A stretch of DNA of 64,000 nucleotides, taken from NCBI GenBank assembly GCA_009929275.1, contig SAAW01000002.1, forward strand, positions 3,171-67,170. Reading direction: 5' to 3'. A model generated the notes under the pieces. It did not search any database. It was not told where the DNA came from and saw only the letters and a program-made list of their open reading frames with translations. Within the stretch, counting starts at the first letter, position 1. Every line of letters starts with the position of its first letter. Below, one piece after another: positions 27,360-38,800 of the stretch. The translations under genes and the position numbers were made by a program. Source of the stretch: Clostridia bacterium. GTDB lineage: Bacteria > Bacillota > Clostridia > Christensenellales > UBA1242.

Positions 27360-27638
27360 TCAAATTTTTTTAATGTTGTTTTTAACTTCGGCATCGACAA
27401 GCATCACAATATCCTTTTTATGCTGGGCTCTGGCTTCAATGAAAGTTCGTGGCCTTTCCAAAACTTCGCCATACATTTTAAGAGAGAGTTTGCAATAGTC
27501 TTTAAGATATTTTCTTGCAATAAAAAATGCTTCTTCCACTGTCTTACCTTGACAAAACAATCTGAGGTCATCAAAAGCAACGATAAAATTATCATTTTCT
27601 TCATCTTTATAAAATGTTGCTGGGAAAATATACTCCAT
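27360..27638 (-). CDS. HicB-like / UPF0150-family small protein (antitoxin-fold N-domain only), with no HicA partner
   Basis: 92 aa. MEYIFPATFYKDEENDNFIVAFDDLRLFCQGKTVEEAFFIARKYLKDY matches the YPA.F..dE.g.y.V.FpDlpGc.T.G.T.EEA pattern by eye. SD AGAAAGGTG. Confidence 0.6.
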   Translation of the reverse strand: MEYIFPATFYKDEENDNFIVAFDDLRLFCQGKTVEEAFFIARKYLKDYCKLSLKMYGEVLERPRTFIEARAQHKKDIVMLVDAEVKNNIKKI

Positions 27639-27662
27639 AAACTTAACACCTTTCTAGTAAAG

Positions 27663-27692
27663 AGTTTATCATAGTAAAATTTTTAAGTCCAA
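27663..27692 (-). promoter_or_regulatory. Own promoter of the HicB-like gene
   Basis: Minus strand reads TTGGAC (27692..27687), 18-nt spacer, TGa-TAAACT (..27663). Confidence 0.45.
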
Positions 27693-27702
27693 CAAATTGC
27701 AT

Positions 27703-27726
27703 AAAAAAAACCACAAAAATGTGGCT
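27703..27726 (-). terminator. Short intrinsic terminator after the 92-aa gene
   Basis: Minus strand reads AGCCACA-TTTT-TGTGGTT, followed by a T run. Confidence 0.5.
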
Positions 27727-27745
27727 CTTTATTTTTTATTATAAA

Positions 27746-28024
27746 TTACATTGCAAGTTCTTCAGCAAATTGACTTTTTTCTTTTTCTTTTTTCTCACGT
27801 CTATCTACAACTTTTTTAATTGCATCAATACTTCCATAATAATCTACTCCATCAATATTCAACTTGACAAAAGGACCTTGCTCCTTATGTGCATTTTCAA
27901 GTTCAGAAAGTAATTGTGCTGTTGTTTGTTTTTCTGGAATAGTGATGCCCAATTCTTTTGCACGTGCTTCTGCATGCTTATCTGAAATTTTTTCAAGTAC
28001 CAAATTAGTTCTATTATCTTTCAT
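27746..28024 (-). CDS. Hypothetical small protein, 92 aa
   Basis: ATG 28024 is preceded by GAAGGAGAAAAA. Reads MKDNRTNLVLEKISDKHAEARAKELGITIPEKQTTAQLLSELENAH...KKVVDRREKKEKEKSQFAEELAM. No family recognised. Confidence 0.55.
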   Translation of the reverse strand: MKDNRTNLVLEKISDKHAEARAKELGITIPEKQTTAQLLSELENAHKEQGPFVKLNIDGVDYYGSIDAIKKVVDRREKKEKEKSQFAEELAM

Positions 28025-28069
28025 TTTTTCTCCTTCATTGATGTTTAGCAAAAACTTTTTGATATGTGT

Positions 28070-28098
28070 ATTCTAACACACAAAAACACTGTTGTCAA
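28070..28098 (-). promoter_or_regulatory. Near-consensus promoter of the 92-aa gene
   Basis: Minus strand reads TTGACA (28098..28093), 17-nt spacer, TGt-TAGAAT (..28070). Confidence 0.6.
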
Positions 28099-28102
28099 TA
28101 GC

Positions 28103-28131
28103 AAAAAATCTCACAATAATATGAGATTTTT
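28103..28131 (-). terminator. Intrinsic terminator after rpoC
   Basis: Minus strand reads AAAATCTCA-TATTATTG-TGAGATTTT followed by TT. It starts 8 nt after the rpoC TAA. Confidence 0.7.
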
Positions 28132-28138
28132 CACAAAT

Positions 28139-31100
28139 TTATTCTGCCATCTTTGCTTTCAATTCTTTTGCTCTTTGGATTTCTCTTTCAGCATCTTGCT
28201 TTGCTTGCCATTCTTTAGAAATGCTTGGATAGATCTCCTTATATTCTTTCATACCCGTTCCTGCTGGAATGAGTTTGCCGATCATAATGTTCTCTTTCAA
28301 GCCTTCAAGTTTGTCAATCTTACCCTTAATTGCCGCTTCTGTCAAAACTGCTGAAGTCTCTTGGAAACTGGCTGCAGAAAGGAATGAGTCTGTTTTAAGA
28401 GATGCTTTTGTTATGCCAAGAAGCACACGCTTTGCAATTGCAGGTCTTAAGTCTTTCATAAGCAATTCATTGTTAATCTCTTCATAGCTTTGAATGTCTT
28501 GCATATTTCCCGGCAAAAGTTCAGAATCGCCTGGGTCTTCAATCTTAACTTTTCTCATCATTTGTCTAATAATGATTTCGACATGTTTTGCATTAATTCG
28601 CACATCTTGCAAACGATAAACTCCCAAAACTTCCTTCAAAAGATATTCTTGCACGCCTTTAAGTCCACGCACTCTTAGAATGTCGTTTGGATAGATTGAG
28701 CCTGAAGTCAAACATTGTCCAACGTTCACCGTGTCGCCTGTCTTCACAGCAAGCACAGTTTTATTCTTTGGAGGAGTGAGATATTCAACATCGCCCTCAC
28801 CTGTGGAAGACACAATAATTCTGTATCTTTCACCAGACACTTCAACTTTCACTTTGCCAGAAACTTCAGAAATGATTGCTTCGCCCTTTGGACGTCTGGC
28901 TTCAAAAATTTCCTCAACACGAGGAAGACCTTTTGTGATGTCTGATTCTGCCGTGACACCACCAGAGTGGAATGTTCTCATTGTGAGCTGTGTGCCGGGT
29001 TCGCCGATACTTTGAGCAGCGATGACACCCACAGGTTCGCCAATGTTAACAATTTGATTGTTTGCCATATTTCTGCCATAGCATTTGGCACAAACGCCGT
29101 GTTTTGCTTTGCATGTGAGAAGAGTTCTGATATTCACTTCTTTAATGCCTGCTCCAACAATCTTTGCTGCCTGTTCTGGATATATCATTTCGTTTGATTT
29201 AACGATAATTTCTTTTGTCTTTGGGTCGTAGATGTTGTCCACACTAACTCTGCCAGAGATTCTGTCTTCCAGTTTTTCGATAACAGTTTTGTCCTCAACA
29301 AGTTCAGTCACAATCATTCCCTTTGGTTTTTCGTCAAGAGATTCAAAGCAATCGTCCTCGGTTACCACGACTTCCTGAGCAATGTCGACAAGTCGTCTTG
29401 TCAAATAGCCTGATTCTGCTGTTTTAAGAGCAGTGTCGGCAAGACCTTTACGTCCGCCACGGCTTGAAAGGAAATAGTCAATTGGGGTGAGTCCTTCACG
29501 GAAACAAGACTTAACAGGAATATCAATCTTAATGCCTGATGCACTCGCCATAACTCCACGCATTCCGCAAAGTTGGTTGATTTGCACAGGGCTTCCACGA
29601 GCACCCGACACAGTCATCATCTTCACAGGACTATATTCGCCAAGGCTGTTCATAACTGCTGCCCTAACTTTGTCGGTTGTTTCGTTCCAAATTGCAACGT
29701 TTTTGGAAATCTTTTCGTCGAAAGTGATGAGCCCGCGTTTATATGCTTTTTCATTTTCAAGGACTTTAACATCTGCTTCGGCGATGAGTGTTTTCTTCTC
29801 TTTTGGGTCTTTCATATCATAAACATTGATTGTGAGAGCCCCGATTGTCGAATATTTATAGCCTAATTCTTTAACTTTATCAAGCATTAAAACTGTTGGG
29901 GTTGAACCCAAAATGTTGTATGTGTCAGAAACGATTTTGCCAAGCATTTTCTTGTCCACAGTTCCTTCAATTTCATATCTTAATGCGTTTTCTCTCTTTG
30001 TTCTGTCGATAAATCCGATATTTTGAGGAATACAGCGGTTGAAAAGAATCTTACCCACTGTTGTGACAACATTTCCAGTTATCTTTTCGCCATTAAAATC
30101 AACGGTTCTTCGCACCAAAATTTTTGATTGAAGTTCAATGTTTTTTGTTTGGTATGCCATAATTGCTTCGTCTTCGTCTTTATAAATTGAACCTTCGTTT
30201 AAGCAATTTGGTTTGTTGATTGTCATATAGTAGCAACCGATGACGATGTCTTGTTGTGGAGTCATAACAGGCTGTCCATCGGCTGGTTTTAAGACATTGT
30301 TTGAAGAAAGCATAAGAATTCTTGCTTCTGCTCTTGCTTCAATGGAAAGAGGAATATGCACAGGCATTTGGTCACCGTCGAAGTCGGCATTGAAGCCCAC
30401 GCAAACAAGTGGGTGAAGTTTTATGGCTCTGCCTTCGCAAAGCACTGGTTCAAACGCTTGAATTCCAAGTCTGTGAAGAGTTGGAGCACGGTTTAAAAGC
30501 ACAGGGTGGTCTTTGATAACTTCGTCAAGAACGTCCCAAACAACAGGTTTTTCGCGTTCGATAAGTCGTTTTGCACTCTTTATGTTGTGAGATTCGTTCA
30601 TTTCCACAAGTCTTTTCATAATGAAAGGTTTGAAAAGTTCAAGTGCCATCTCTTTTGGAAGTCCGCATTGGTATATTTTGAGTTCTGGACCGACAACGAT
30701 AACAGAACGTCCTGAATAGTCCACACGCTTTCCAAGCAAGTTTTGACGGAAACGCCCTTGTTTTCCACGGAGCATTGCTGTCAAACTCTTAAGATCTCTT
30801 GCTTTTGGTCCTTGCACTGCTTTGCCACGTTTTCCATTTTCAATGAGAGCGTCAACGGCTTCTTGAAGCATTCTCTTTTCATTTCTGACAATGACATCTG
30901 GAGCACCAAGTTCAATGAGTTTTTTAAGTCTATTATTGCGGTTGATAACACGCCTGTAAAGGTCGTTCAGATCACTTGTGGCAAATCTTCCGCCGTCAAG
31001 TTGCACCATAGGTCTAAGATCTGGTGGAATGATTGGAATGACGTCCAAAATCATCCATTGAGGTTTATTTCCGCTTTTTATGAAATCGTCAACAATTTCA

Positions 31101-31732
31101 AGCCTTTTAACTGCTTTAAGTTTCTTCTGTCCTTTTGAAGTTTTAACAATATCTTTAAGTTCTGCATAGTCTTTTTGCAAGTCAACTTCTCCTAAAAGTT
31201 GTTTGATTGCTTCCGCGCCCATTCCTGCTTTAAATCCATTTGCACCAAATTCTTCCACTGCATCGCGATATTCTTTATCGGAAATGACTTGTTTATATGT
31301 GAATGAAGTTGCTTTTGGGTCGAGAACAATATAGTTGACATAGTAAAGCACTTGTTCCAAAGTTTTTGGGGTAATGTCAAGCAAAACTCCAATCCTTGAA
31401 GGAATTCCGCGGAAAAACCAGATGTGACTGACAGGAGTCGCAAGTTCAATGTGTCCCATTCTTTCTCTACGGACTTTGGAAGTTGTCACTTCCACTCCGC
31501 ACTTATCACAAATCACGCCTTTATAGCGAATTCTCTTATATTTTCCGCAATGACATTCCCAATTTTTTCTAGGTCCAAAAATCCTCTCGCAAAAAAGCCC
31601 GTCTCTTTCTGGCTTTAAAGTGCGATAGTTGATTGTCTCGGGTTTTGTCACTTCGCCATAACTCCATTCCCTAATTTTCTCAGGTGAAGCAATGCCAATT
31701 TTCATAGAGTCAAAATTATTGAGTTCAAACAT
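28139..31732 (-). CDS. rpoC: DNA-directed RNA polymerase beta-prime subunit
   Basis: 1,197 aa. Contains the NADFDGDQM catalytic motif and an N-terminal zinc-binding [23 protein letters not shown]. Confidence 0.98.
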   Translation of the reverse strand: MFELNNFDSMKIGIASPEKIREWSYGEVTKPETINYRTLKPERDGLFCERIFGPRKNWECHCGKYKRIRYKGVICDKCGVEVTTSKVRRERMGHIELATPVSHIWFFRGIPSRIGVLLDITPKTLEQVLYYVNYIVLDPKATSFTYKQVISDKEYRDAVEEFGANGFKAGMGAEAIKQLLGEVDLQKDYAELKDIVKTSKGQKKLKAVKRLEIVDDFIKSGNKPQWMILDVIPIIPPDLRPMVQLDGGRFATSDLNDLYRRVINRNNRLKKLIELGAPDVIVRNEKRMLQEAVDALIENGKRGKAVQGPKARDLKSLTAMLRGKQGRFRQNLLGKRVDYSGRSVIVVGPELKIYQCGLPKEMALELFKPFIMKRLVEMNESHNIKSAKRLIEREKPVVWDVLDEVIKDHPVLLNRAPTLHRLGIQAFEPVLCEGRAIKLHPLVCVGFNADFDGDQMPVHIPLSIEARAEARILMLSSNNVLKPADGQPVMTPQQDIVIGCYYMTINKPNCLNEGSIYKDEDEAIMAYQTKNIELQSKILVRRTVDFNGEKITGNVVTTVGKILFNRCIPQNIGFIDRTKRENALRYEIEGTVDKKMLGKIVSDTYNILGSTPTVLMLDKVKELGYKYSTIGALTINVYDMKDPKEKKTLIAEADVKVLENEKAYKRGLITFDEKISKNVAIWNETTDKVRAAVMNSLGEYSPVKMMTVSGARGSPVQINQLCGMRGVMASASGIKIDIPVKSCFREGLTPIDYFLSSRGGRKGLADTALKTAESGYLTRRLVDIAQEVVVTEDDCFESLDEKPKGMIVTELVEDKTVIEKLEDRISGRVSVDNIYDPKTKEIIVKSNEMIYPEQAAKIVGAGIKEVNIRTLLTCKAKHGVCAKCYGRNMANNQIVNIGEPVGVIAAQSIGEPGTQLTMRTFHSGGVTAESDITKGLPRVEEIFEARRPKGEAIISEVSGKVKVEVSGERYRIIVSSTGEGDVEYLTPPKNKTVLAVKTGDTVNVGQCLTSGSIYPNDILRVRGLKGVQEYLLKEVLGVYRLQDVRINAKHVEIIIRQMMRKVKIEDPGDSELLPGNMQDIQSYEEINNELLMKDLRPAIAKRVLLGITKASLKTDSFLSAASFQETSAVLTEAAIKGKIDKLEGLKENIMIGKLIPAGTGMKEYKEIYPSISKEWQAKQDAEREIQRAKELKAKMAE

Positions 31733-31769
31733 AAAAATTCTCCTTAAATTTTTGCGTTTTATTTAGTCG

Positions 31770-34700
31770 TTATTCAAAATCGTCAAACAAAGAATCTTCA
31801 TCAAAATCTTCAAGAAGTTTATCTTCAGTTTCGGCGGTGTTTTCTGGGTTTTCTTCAATCAAACTCTCTGCAACTTTTTCGTCAAAGTTGAGTTCGATGT
31901 CTTGAGTTGGTTCTTTTGTTTTCACGGTGAATGGAGCCGTTTCAATGTCTTCACTGGCAAGTTCAGATAGCGAAACTTCTTGCTTTTCTTCGGTGAGAAT
32001 TCGAATGTCAAGTCCCAAACTTTGGAATTCTTTAATCATAACTTTGAATGACTCTGGAATTCCCGGTTCGGCGATTGGATAACCTTTCACAATCGCTTCA
32101 TAAGTTTTGTTTCTGCCTGTGACATCATCGGACTTAATTGTAATCATTTCTTGAAGAAGATGACTTGCGCCATATGCTTCGAGAGCCCAGACTTCCATTT
32201 CACCAAATCTCTGGCCTCCAAACATTGCTTTTCCACCAAGTGGCTGTTGGGTGACGAGTGAATATGGTCCAGTGGAACGAGCGTGCATCTTGCTGTCAAC
32301 CATATGGTCAAGTTTGAGCATATACATCGTGCCGACTGTAACTCTGTTTTCAAAAGCCTCACCTGTTCTGCCGTCATAAAGCACCATTTTCCCGTCTTCT
32401 TCAAAATCATTATCTTTCATTATTTTGAAGATTTCGTTTTCTTTGATGCAATCAAATGCTGGCACGGCAACTTTCCAATCAAGGACTTTTGCAATTCTTC
32501 CGAGAAGAACTTCAAGCACCTGCCCCACGTTCATACGACTTGGAATCCCAAGAGGGTTGAGAACGACGTCCACAGGTGTGCCGTCTGCCATATATGGAAG
32601 GTCGGCAAGTGGAAGAACTCTGCTTACAACACCTTTGTTTCCGTGACGCCCAGACATTTTGTCGCCGACAGAGAGTTTTCTCTTTTGAGCAACATAAACT
32701 TTGACCATCATATTAACGCCGGGTTCGAGTTCGTCTTTATTTTTTCTTGTGAACACTTGAACGTCCACGACAATTCCGCCACGACCATGTTGGACTCTTA
32801 AAGAAGTGTCTCTCACTTCTCTTGCTTTTTCGCCAAAAATGGCTCTTAAAAGTCTTTCTTCTGGGGTGAGTTCTGTCTCACCTTTTGGAGTGACTTTGCC
32901 GACAAGAATGTCGCCTGTTCGCACTTCTGCGCCGATGCGGACAATTCCGTTTTCATCAAGGTTTTTGAGCACTTCGTCTCCAAGGTTTGGAATGTCACGA
33001 GTAATTTCTTCATCGCCCAATTTTGTGCTTCTTGCCTTGCTTTCTTCCACTTTTAAGGTGATTGAGGTGAACAAATCTTCCCTCACAAGACGTTCGGAGA
33101 TTAAGATAGCGTCCTCATAGTTATAACCTTCCCAGTTCATATATGCAATTGTCATATTCTTGCCAAGAGCAAGTTCGCCATTTTTTGTGGAAAATCCGTC
33201 TGCTAAGACGTCGCCTTCTTCCACACGCGAATTTTTTATAACATTTGGTTTTTGATTTTCGCAAGTGTCCTGATTTGTTTTTGCAAATTTAATGAGTGTA
33301 TAAATGTCTGTCTCGCCGTCGTCGTTTTTAACTCTAATCTCGTTTGCTGAAACATAAGTCACAAATCCTGCTTTTTTGCAAAGCACCATTGCTCCGCTGT
33401 CAACTGCAATCTTATGTTCCATTCCACTTGCCACAATTGGAGCATCTGTGCGAATGAGTGGCACTGCTTGTCGTTGCATATTCGAGCCCATAAGTGCACG
33501 AGAAGTATCGTCGTTTGCAAGGAAAGGAATGAGCGCGGTTGCTGCGGAAATGAGTTGTTTTGGAGAAACGTCGACGTAGTCCACTTCATTAGGACCAACT
33601 TCAATGACAGATTCCTTCTTTCTCACAACAATTCTTTCGTTGATGAATTTGCCTTCCTCATTTGTTGGTTCAATAGCCTGTGCGACACAGCAATTTTCTT
33701 CTTCGTCTGCCATTAAATAGACGACTTCATTTGTGACAACGCCTTTAACTTTGTCCACCACTTTGAGAGGTGAAAGTAAAAAGCCATATTCGTTGACTTT
33801 TGAATAAGTTGCAAGAGAGTTAATAAGTCCAATTCCCTGACCTTCAGGAGTCTCGATAGCACAAATTCTGCCATAGTGTGAATAGTGAATATCACGGACT
33901 TCTGCTGTTGCTCTCTCTTTCTTAACACCGCCAGGTCCCACAGCGGAAATTTTTCTCTTTTGAGTGAGTTCACTCACAGGGTTCACCTGATCCATAAGTT
34001 GAGAAAGTTGAGAACTTGCCAAAAAGTCTTTTAATGCTTTGTTAATAGGTCTTGCATTGATGATTGACGATGGACTCACAGTTGTGAGGTCTTGCGCTTG
34101 CAATGTTTCACGAATGACACCTGCAAGTTTGTTAACACCGCTTCTGAATGCGTTTGCAATAAGTTCGCCCACGGTTGCAATTCTTCTGTTTGCAAGGTGG
34201 TCGATGTTGTCAATCTCGCCAACACCGTCGTTTAAATCGAGTTGATAACTGAATGTCGCAATAATATCGTCCATTGTGAGTTGAAAATTCATAAGTTCTT
34301 TTGCATTTTCTCTAATTGCTTCCATTCTTGCTTCTTTGGTCTTGTTTTCTTTCAAAATCTTTTGAAGTGTTGGATAGAAAACTTTTTCAAGGATTCCAAG
34401 TTCCCTTTCATTGCATGGGAAAATAGCGGACAAGTCAACTCTGTTGTTGCCAACAATTTTGTGTGAGATAAACTTCTCGCCGTCCATTTTAAATTCGCCT
34501 TTAAGAGTTTTTGCTCTCACCCAGACGTCATTAATGCCTGCGTTTTGGATTTGTTTTGCAATCTCTCTGCCAATGATTTCGCCGTCTTTAACGACGACTT
34601 TATTGTCAATCTTAATATCGCCAAAAGCAGTTTCGCCTGTTATTCTTGTCGCGATTGATAGTTTTTTATTAAGTTTATATCTTCCCACTCTCGCAAGGTT

Positions 34701-35507
34701 ATAATATTGATGAGTGAAGAAAAGTGAATTTATAAAATTATAGGTTGCTTCAGCGCTTGGGACTTCGCTTGGACGCATTTTTTTACTCAGTTCAATAAGA
34801 GCCTCTTCTTGAGTCTCCTGCAATTCTTTTTCAAGAGTGTTTGTAACGACTGGATTGTTGCCAAAAATTTCTGCAATTTGGTTTGAGGTGAAGCCAAAAC
34901 ATTTCAAAAACACTCCCAAAGTCACTTTGCTATCTCTATTAACGACAACTTTCAAAATGTCGTTTGCATTTTGTTCCACTTCTAGCCATGTTCCACGAGT
35001 TGGAATGATTGTTCCTTTAAAAAGCCATTTGCCTGTTTTGTCTTGCTCTTTAGAAAAATAAGCACTTGGGGACCTGATGATTTGGCTGACGACAACTCTC
35101 TCAATTCCATTAAAAATGAAAGACCCTTCATCTGTCATAAGAGGAATGTCTCCCAAAAAGACTTCTTGTTCAACTACTTCGCCATCTTCTTTTCTAACAA
35201 GCCTAACTCTTGCTTTGAGTGCGACAGAATAGGTTATGCCCTTTCTCTTGCATTCCATTTTTGAATATTTGCTTGTTTGATCGAGAGTATAGCCCACGAA
35301 ATAGATTTCTGCCTTTCCGCTATAATCCACGATTGGAGAAAATTCTTCCAAAATCTCTGCAATGCCAGATTCGAGAAAATGCTTGTAAGCATCTTTTTGA
35401 ATGGCAATGAGATATGGCATTTCAATTGGTTCTGTAATCTTTGAAAAGTTTATTCTCTCGACTTTTCCATACCTAGTCTTTTTAAACGTAACGTTAGATT
35501 GTCCCAT
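31770..35507 (-). CDS. rpoB: DNA-directed RNA polymerase beta subunit
   Basis: Start at MGQSNVTFKK (ATG 35507), preceded by TAGGAG. Contains GDKMSGRHGNKGVVSR. Has an acidic ~50-aa C-terminal tail (...EDKLLEDFDEDSLFDDFE). Confidence 0.98.
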   Translation of the reverse strand: MGQSNVTFKKTRYGKVERINFSKITEPIEMPYLIAIQKDAYKHFLESGIAEILEEFSPIVDYSGKAEIYFVGYTLDQTSKYSKMECKRKGITYSVALKARVRLVRKEDGEVVEQEVFLGDIPLMTDEGSFIFNGIERVVVSQIIRSPSAYFSKEQDKTGKWLFKGTIIPTRGTWLEVEQNANDILKVVVNRDSKVTLGVFLKCFGFTSNQIAEIFGNNPVVTNTLEKELQETQEEALIELSKKMRPSEVPSAEATYNFINSLFFTHQYYNLARVGRYKLNKKLSIATRITGETAFGDIKIDNKVVVKDGEIIGREIAKQIQNAGINDVWVRAKTLKGEFKMDGEKFISHKIVGNNRVDLSAIFPCNERELGILEKVFYPTLQKILKENKTKEARMEAIRENAKELMNFQLTMDDIIATFSYQLDLNDGVGEIDNIDHLANRRIATVGELIANAFRSGVNKLAGVIRETLQAQDLTTVSPSSIINARPINKALKDFLASSQLSQLMDQVNPVSELTQKRKISAVGPGGVKKERATAEVRDIHYSHYGRICAIETPEGQGIGLINSLATYSKVNEYGFLLSPLKVVDKVKGVVTNEVVYLMADEEENCCVAQAIEPTNEEGKFINERIVVRKKESVIEVGPNEVDYVDVSPKQLISAATALIPFLANDDTSRALMGSNMQRQAVPLIRTDAPIVASGMEHKIAVDSGAMVLCKKAGFVTYVSANEIRVKNDDGETDIYTLIKFAKTNQDTCENQKPNVIKNSRVEEGDVLADGFSTKNGELALGKNMTIAYMNWEGYNYEDAILISERLVREDLFTSITLKVEESKARSTKLGDEEITRDIPNLGDEVLKNLDENGIVRIGAEVRTGDILVGKVTPKGETELTPEERLLRAIFGEKAREVRDTSLRVQHGRGGIVVDVQVFTRKNKDELEPGVNMMVKVYVAQKRKLSVGDKMSGRHGNKGVVSRVLPLADLPYMADGTPVDVVLNPLGIPSRMNVGQVLEVLLGRIAKVLDWKVAVPAFDCIKENEIFKIMKDNDFEEDGKMVLYDGRTGEAFENRVTVGTMYMLKLDHMVDSKMHARSTGPYSLVTQQPLGGKAMFGGQRFGEMEVWALEAYGASHLLQEMITIKSDDVTGRNKTYEAIVKGYPIAEPGIPESFKVMIKEFQSLGLDIRILTEEKQEVSLSELASEDIETAPFTVKTKEPTQDIELNFDEKVAESLIEENPENTAETEDKLLEDFDEDSLFDDFE

Positions 35508-35706
35508 TTTGACTCCTATAAAAAAAATTTTGTGTGCAAAATTGTTCAAATTGATTTTTAGTTTAGCAAACAAAAAATCATGTTTAATAACTCAATTTTT
35601 TTCTTTATTTTAAATTAAATTATCAAACATAATTTCTCAATTCTATAATTTCCCTCTCTAAACATAAAAACAAATCCGCACAATTTAGCAGTCTAAGATG
35701 ATTTTG

Positions 35707-35735
35707 AGTTTATCACAATCAAAATCTTTAGTCAA
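35707..35735 (-). promoter_or_regulatory. Candidate rpoBC promoter, giving a ~200-nt leader
   Basis: Minus strand reads TTGACT (35735..35730), 17-nt spacer, TGa-TAAACT (..35707). Confidence 0.5.
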
Positions 35736-35855
35736 TAGATTTTTAATTTTTTTTTATTCTTTTTATTATATACTTTTAACTTTTTTAAAATTATATAGTT
35801 TTGTTGTTTATTTCATTGTTTTTTTGCAAATTATTTGAGCAATATTTTTCAAATT

Positions 35856-35892
35856 GATTAAAAAGATAGGAGGTTTATAGAAACTTCCTATC
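35856..35892 (-). terminator. Intrinsic terminator after the 5,620-aa ORF
   Basis: Minus strand reads GATAGGAAG-TTTCTATAAA-CCTCCTATC (7 bp, one mismatch, then 1 bp), followed by TTTTTAAT. It starts 7 nt after the TGA. Confidence 0.6.
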
Positions 35893-35898
35893 AATTCG

Positions 35899-38800
35899 TC
35901 AATCTCGAATGATCGTGACAAAACAAGTCACAATGTCTGTCGTCTCAGAAACAGAAATGAATGAAGATAAATCATAACCTGTGTCTGGCATGACGCCAAC
36001 TTCCACTTTAAAATAGTTATATGTGAGGACGCCGTCAACTTTAATCACCACAGCAATGCCAATCTCGTCTCCCAATTCGAAAGTATCTTGTGCATAACTC
36101 ACAGAGTTTTCGTTAAATGAGGAAACATAGAGCCCAGGGTTAATTGAATTTATGAGTGGATTGTCAATTGGAAAGAGTGCTTTCAAGGTAATATCTCCGC
36201 AACTCATAAGGAAAATTCTTTTATCTTTTAAAGTTTGATTGGTGTTACTCCAATATTCTGGTTTAAACTTGTCACCGTCGCTTATAATTGACATATCGGT
36301 CAAGAAAATATAACTTAAATCGTCTGTCAAAACGCAGGTTGAGTCGTAGTGCCCAACACTTATTGAAAATCCTGTTCCGTCGATTGAATAGACATTTTCT
36401 TTGTCGACTTCGCCCAAATCAAAAGTTTTTTGCTCGGCTTTGCCAATGATTGCTCCAGCGTTTAAGTCTTGAATTTCAGTGTTTGCACGAGTATTTCCCA
36501 CACTAACACAATATTCCAAACTTCCGCCATAAATCCACCCAACAATCCCACCAACATAAGACCATATATTTTCATTCACAGTTTCTCTGCCAGTTGCCTG
36601 ACGAGATTCTAAGTAGCCATCACTAAAATAGCAATTCAAAATTCGACTGTCATATGCATAGCCCACAATGCCACCAACGACATCATATTTAGAAGAATAT
36701 GTCTTCACATTCCCTGCGTTATGCGAGGCGTTTATTGAGAATGAAACACCATAACTCACAATTCCTCCTGCAAACACATTTGAAGAATTTGAAGTGGACA
36801 CACCTGCTATATTCGTTTCGTTGTCTGCATATTCCACCACATAATCTTCACCAGTCGTTTCATAACCAGAAAGGTAACCTGCCACACCGCCAACATAGAC
36901 AAGTCCACTAGTGCAAACTGCCAAAATGTCAACCGTATTTGCCCGTATGACACCCAAAGAACCATTCACTTCCTCGGCAACCATATCTTCATAACTTCCA
37001 AGGTCAACTGTTGAGCCCGTTTTGTAGACATGGACATTTTTCAACTTATATCCTGTGGAACCTGTGTAGAGCCCAACAATTCCTCCAACATATGTTCCCG
37101 CTTTTGACGAACCAACTATGTTTGTTGAAACACTCACATTTTTGATTGTCGTGTTTTCGGCAAATCCAACAACTGTGCCTAAATAAATTTTTGAATTTGT
37201 GCTTTCGCTTTTCACTTTAATAAAGGCATTGTCGATGTAGCCGTTCAAAATCTGCGCATTTGAAGTGTAGCCAAAGAGTCCGCCGTAGTTCAAACTCAAA
37301 CTGTCAATCCTAAGTCCCGAGATGACGTGTCCATTGAAATTGAATATTCCACGGAAGGCATTAAGCGATGAACTGCCTATCGGCGTCCAGTATTTGCCAC
37401 TCAAATCAATGTCATTCACAAGCAAAAATTCGCAATTTAAAGTTGAAAATACTCCATTATTCACATTTGTCGCAAGCCAAGAAAGTTCGACTGCCGAAGA
37501 GATGAGATAAATCGTTTTGATTGACGTTGTGGTGTTGTCGCTGGCAAAACTAACTAAGGTCTCAGGCACTCCCAATTCTTCAATGTCGTCAATAATTTGA
37601 CTCTTTGTCGCAGAAATTGAAGTTGAACTGCTTGAATTATAAGTGTAACTAAGAAGAGAATCACTTTCAGTGTTCTTCCAATTTTGTCCTAATCCGCGAA
37701 GAGATGGGTAGATGCTAAAACTGTCCTTATGCAGACTATATTCTTTTGTCCAAATGTCAGTGAGTTCATAGCCATTCACTGTAAGATTGTCAAAAATTGG
37801 TGACAAAGTTGTCGCAATCACCGAGTTTATTGCACTGTCAATTGTGAAAATTCTTGGCGAACAAGTGCTGTATGTATTGGAAGCATCTGCAACCGTTGTT
37901 GAAAGATTAAAGACATTAAGCATTGAGCAATTTTGGTCCACTTTCCCCACGACGAGAATGCCATCGTCAACTCCACTCACGGCTTCTTTTCTTGATATGA
38001 CTGCGTTTTCACCGTTATAAGAATTGTCTATAATTCCATTTTGCATCTTTGCCACAATTCCGCCGACAATTTGAGACTCTGCCCCAGTCAAACTGCCCGA
38101 AACATCAACATTGTTATAACTGTATTTCAAGTTGCAAAGTGAATTGCTGTTTGAATAATCATTAATCATTTGATAGATAAGTCCGCCAGCACCTTTGATT
38201 CCCTCAACTTTTGATTGACTGCTGTTTTCTTTTTCGGTGAAGACTTTGCTGACAGCACTGCTTTCCACACTATATGCCACGCCACCTGCATAATCCACAT
38301 TTTTAATTATCACAGATTCTAGGCCAAAATTTGTGATAACGGCATCTTGAACAATCCCAAAAAGCCCGCCATAAAGACTATTAGAAAGCACATCACCATC
38401 AATTGTTAAGTTTTTGATAACAAAACCATCGCCATCGAAAGTCCCACTGAAAGGATATTCTTGTGTGCCGATTGGGGTCCAATAACTATTGGCTAAATCA
38501 ATCTGTTTTTTAAGTTTGAAAGTCATATTCTTCGTTGTCATATAACCATTGTTAACTTGATATGCAATGAAGGCGAGTTGTTCTGCATTTTCTATTATAA
38601 ACACCTTATTTACACTTGTGACTTCGCTTGTTTTGTCCACCCAAAGAGTATTTATGCTGTTTTGCTTTAAAGTTGGATACCACGTGTCAAACTCTTGCAC
38701 CCAAATGTTAGTGAAGTCCCAATCGATGAATGAAACGGTCTTGTCTTTTAAATCAGTTGAAATCTGCGAGTCGCAGAAAGATAAGATGTCATTAGTCGCC

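Noticed and set aside
27077-27745. Search for a HicA toxin partner or other small toxin ORF flanking the HicB-like gene, including the plus-strand ORFs 27262..27498 and 27420..27674.
   Set aside because: The flanks are filled by promoter and terminator elements. The plus-strand ORFs are antisense junk (F/L/I-rich) with no SD. Nothing resembles the HicA dsRBD-type sequence.
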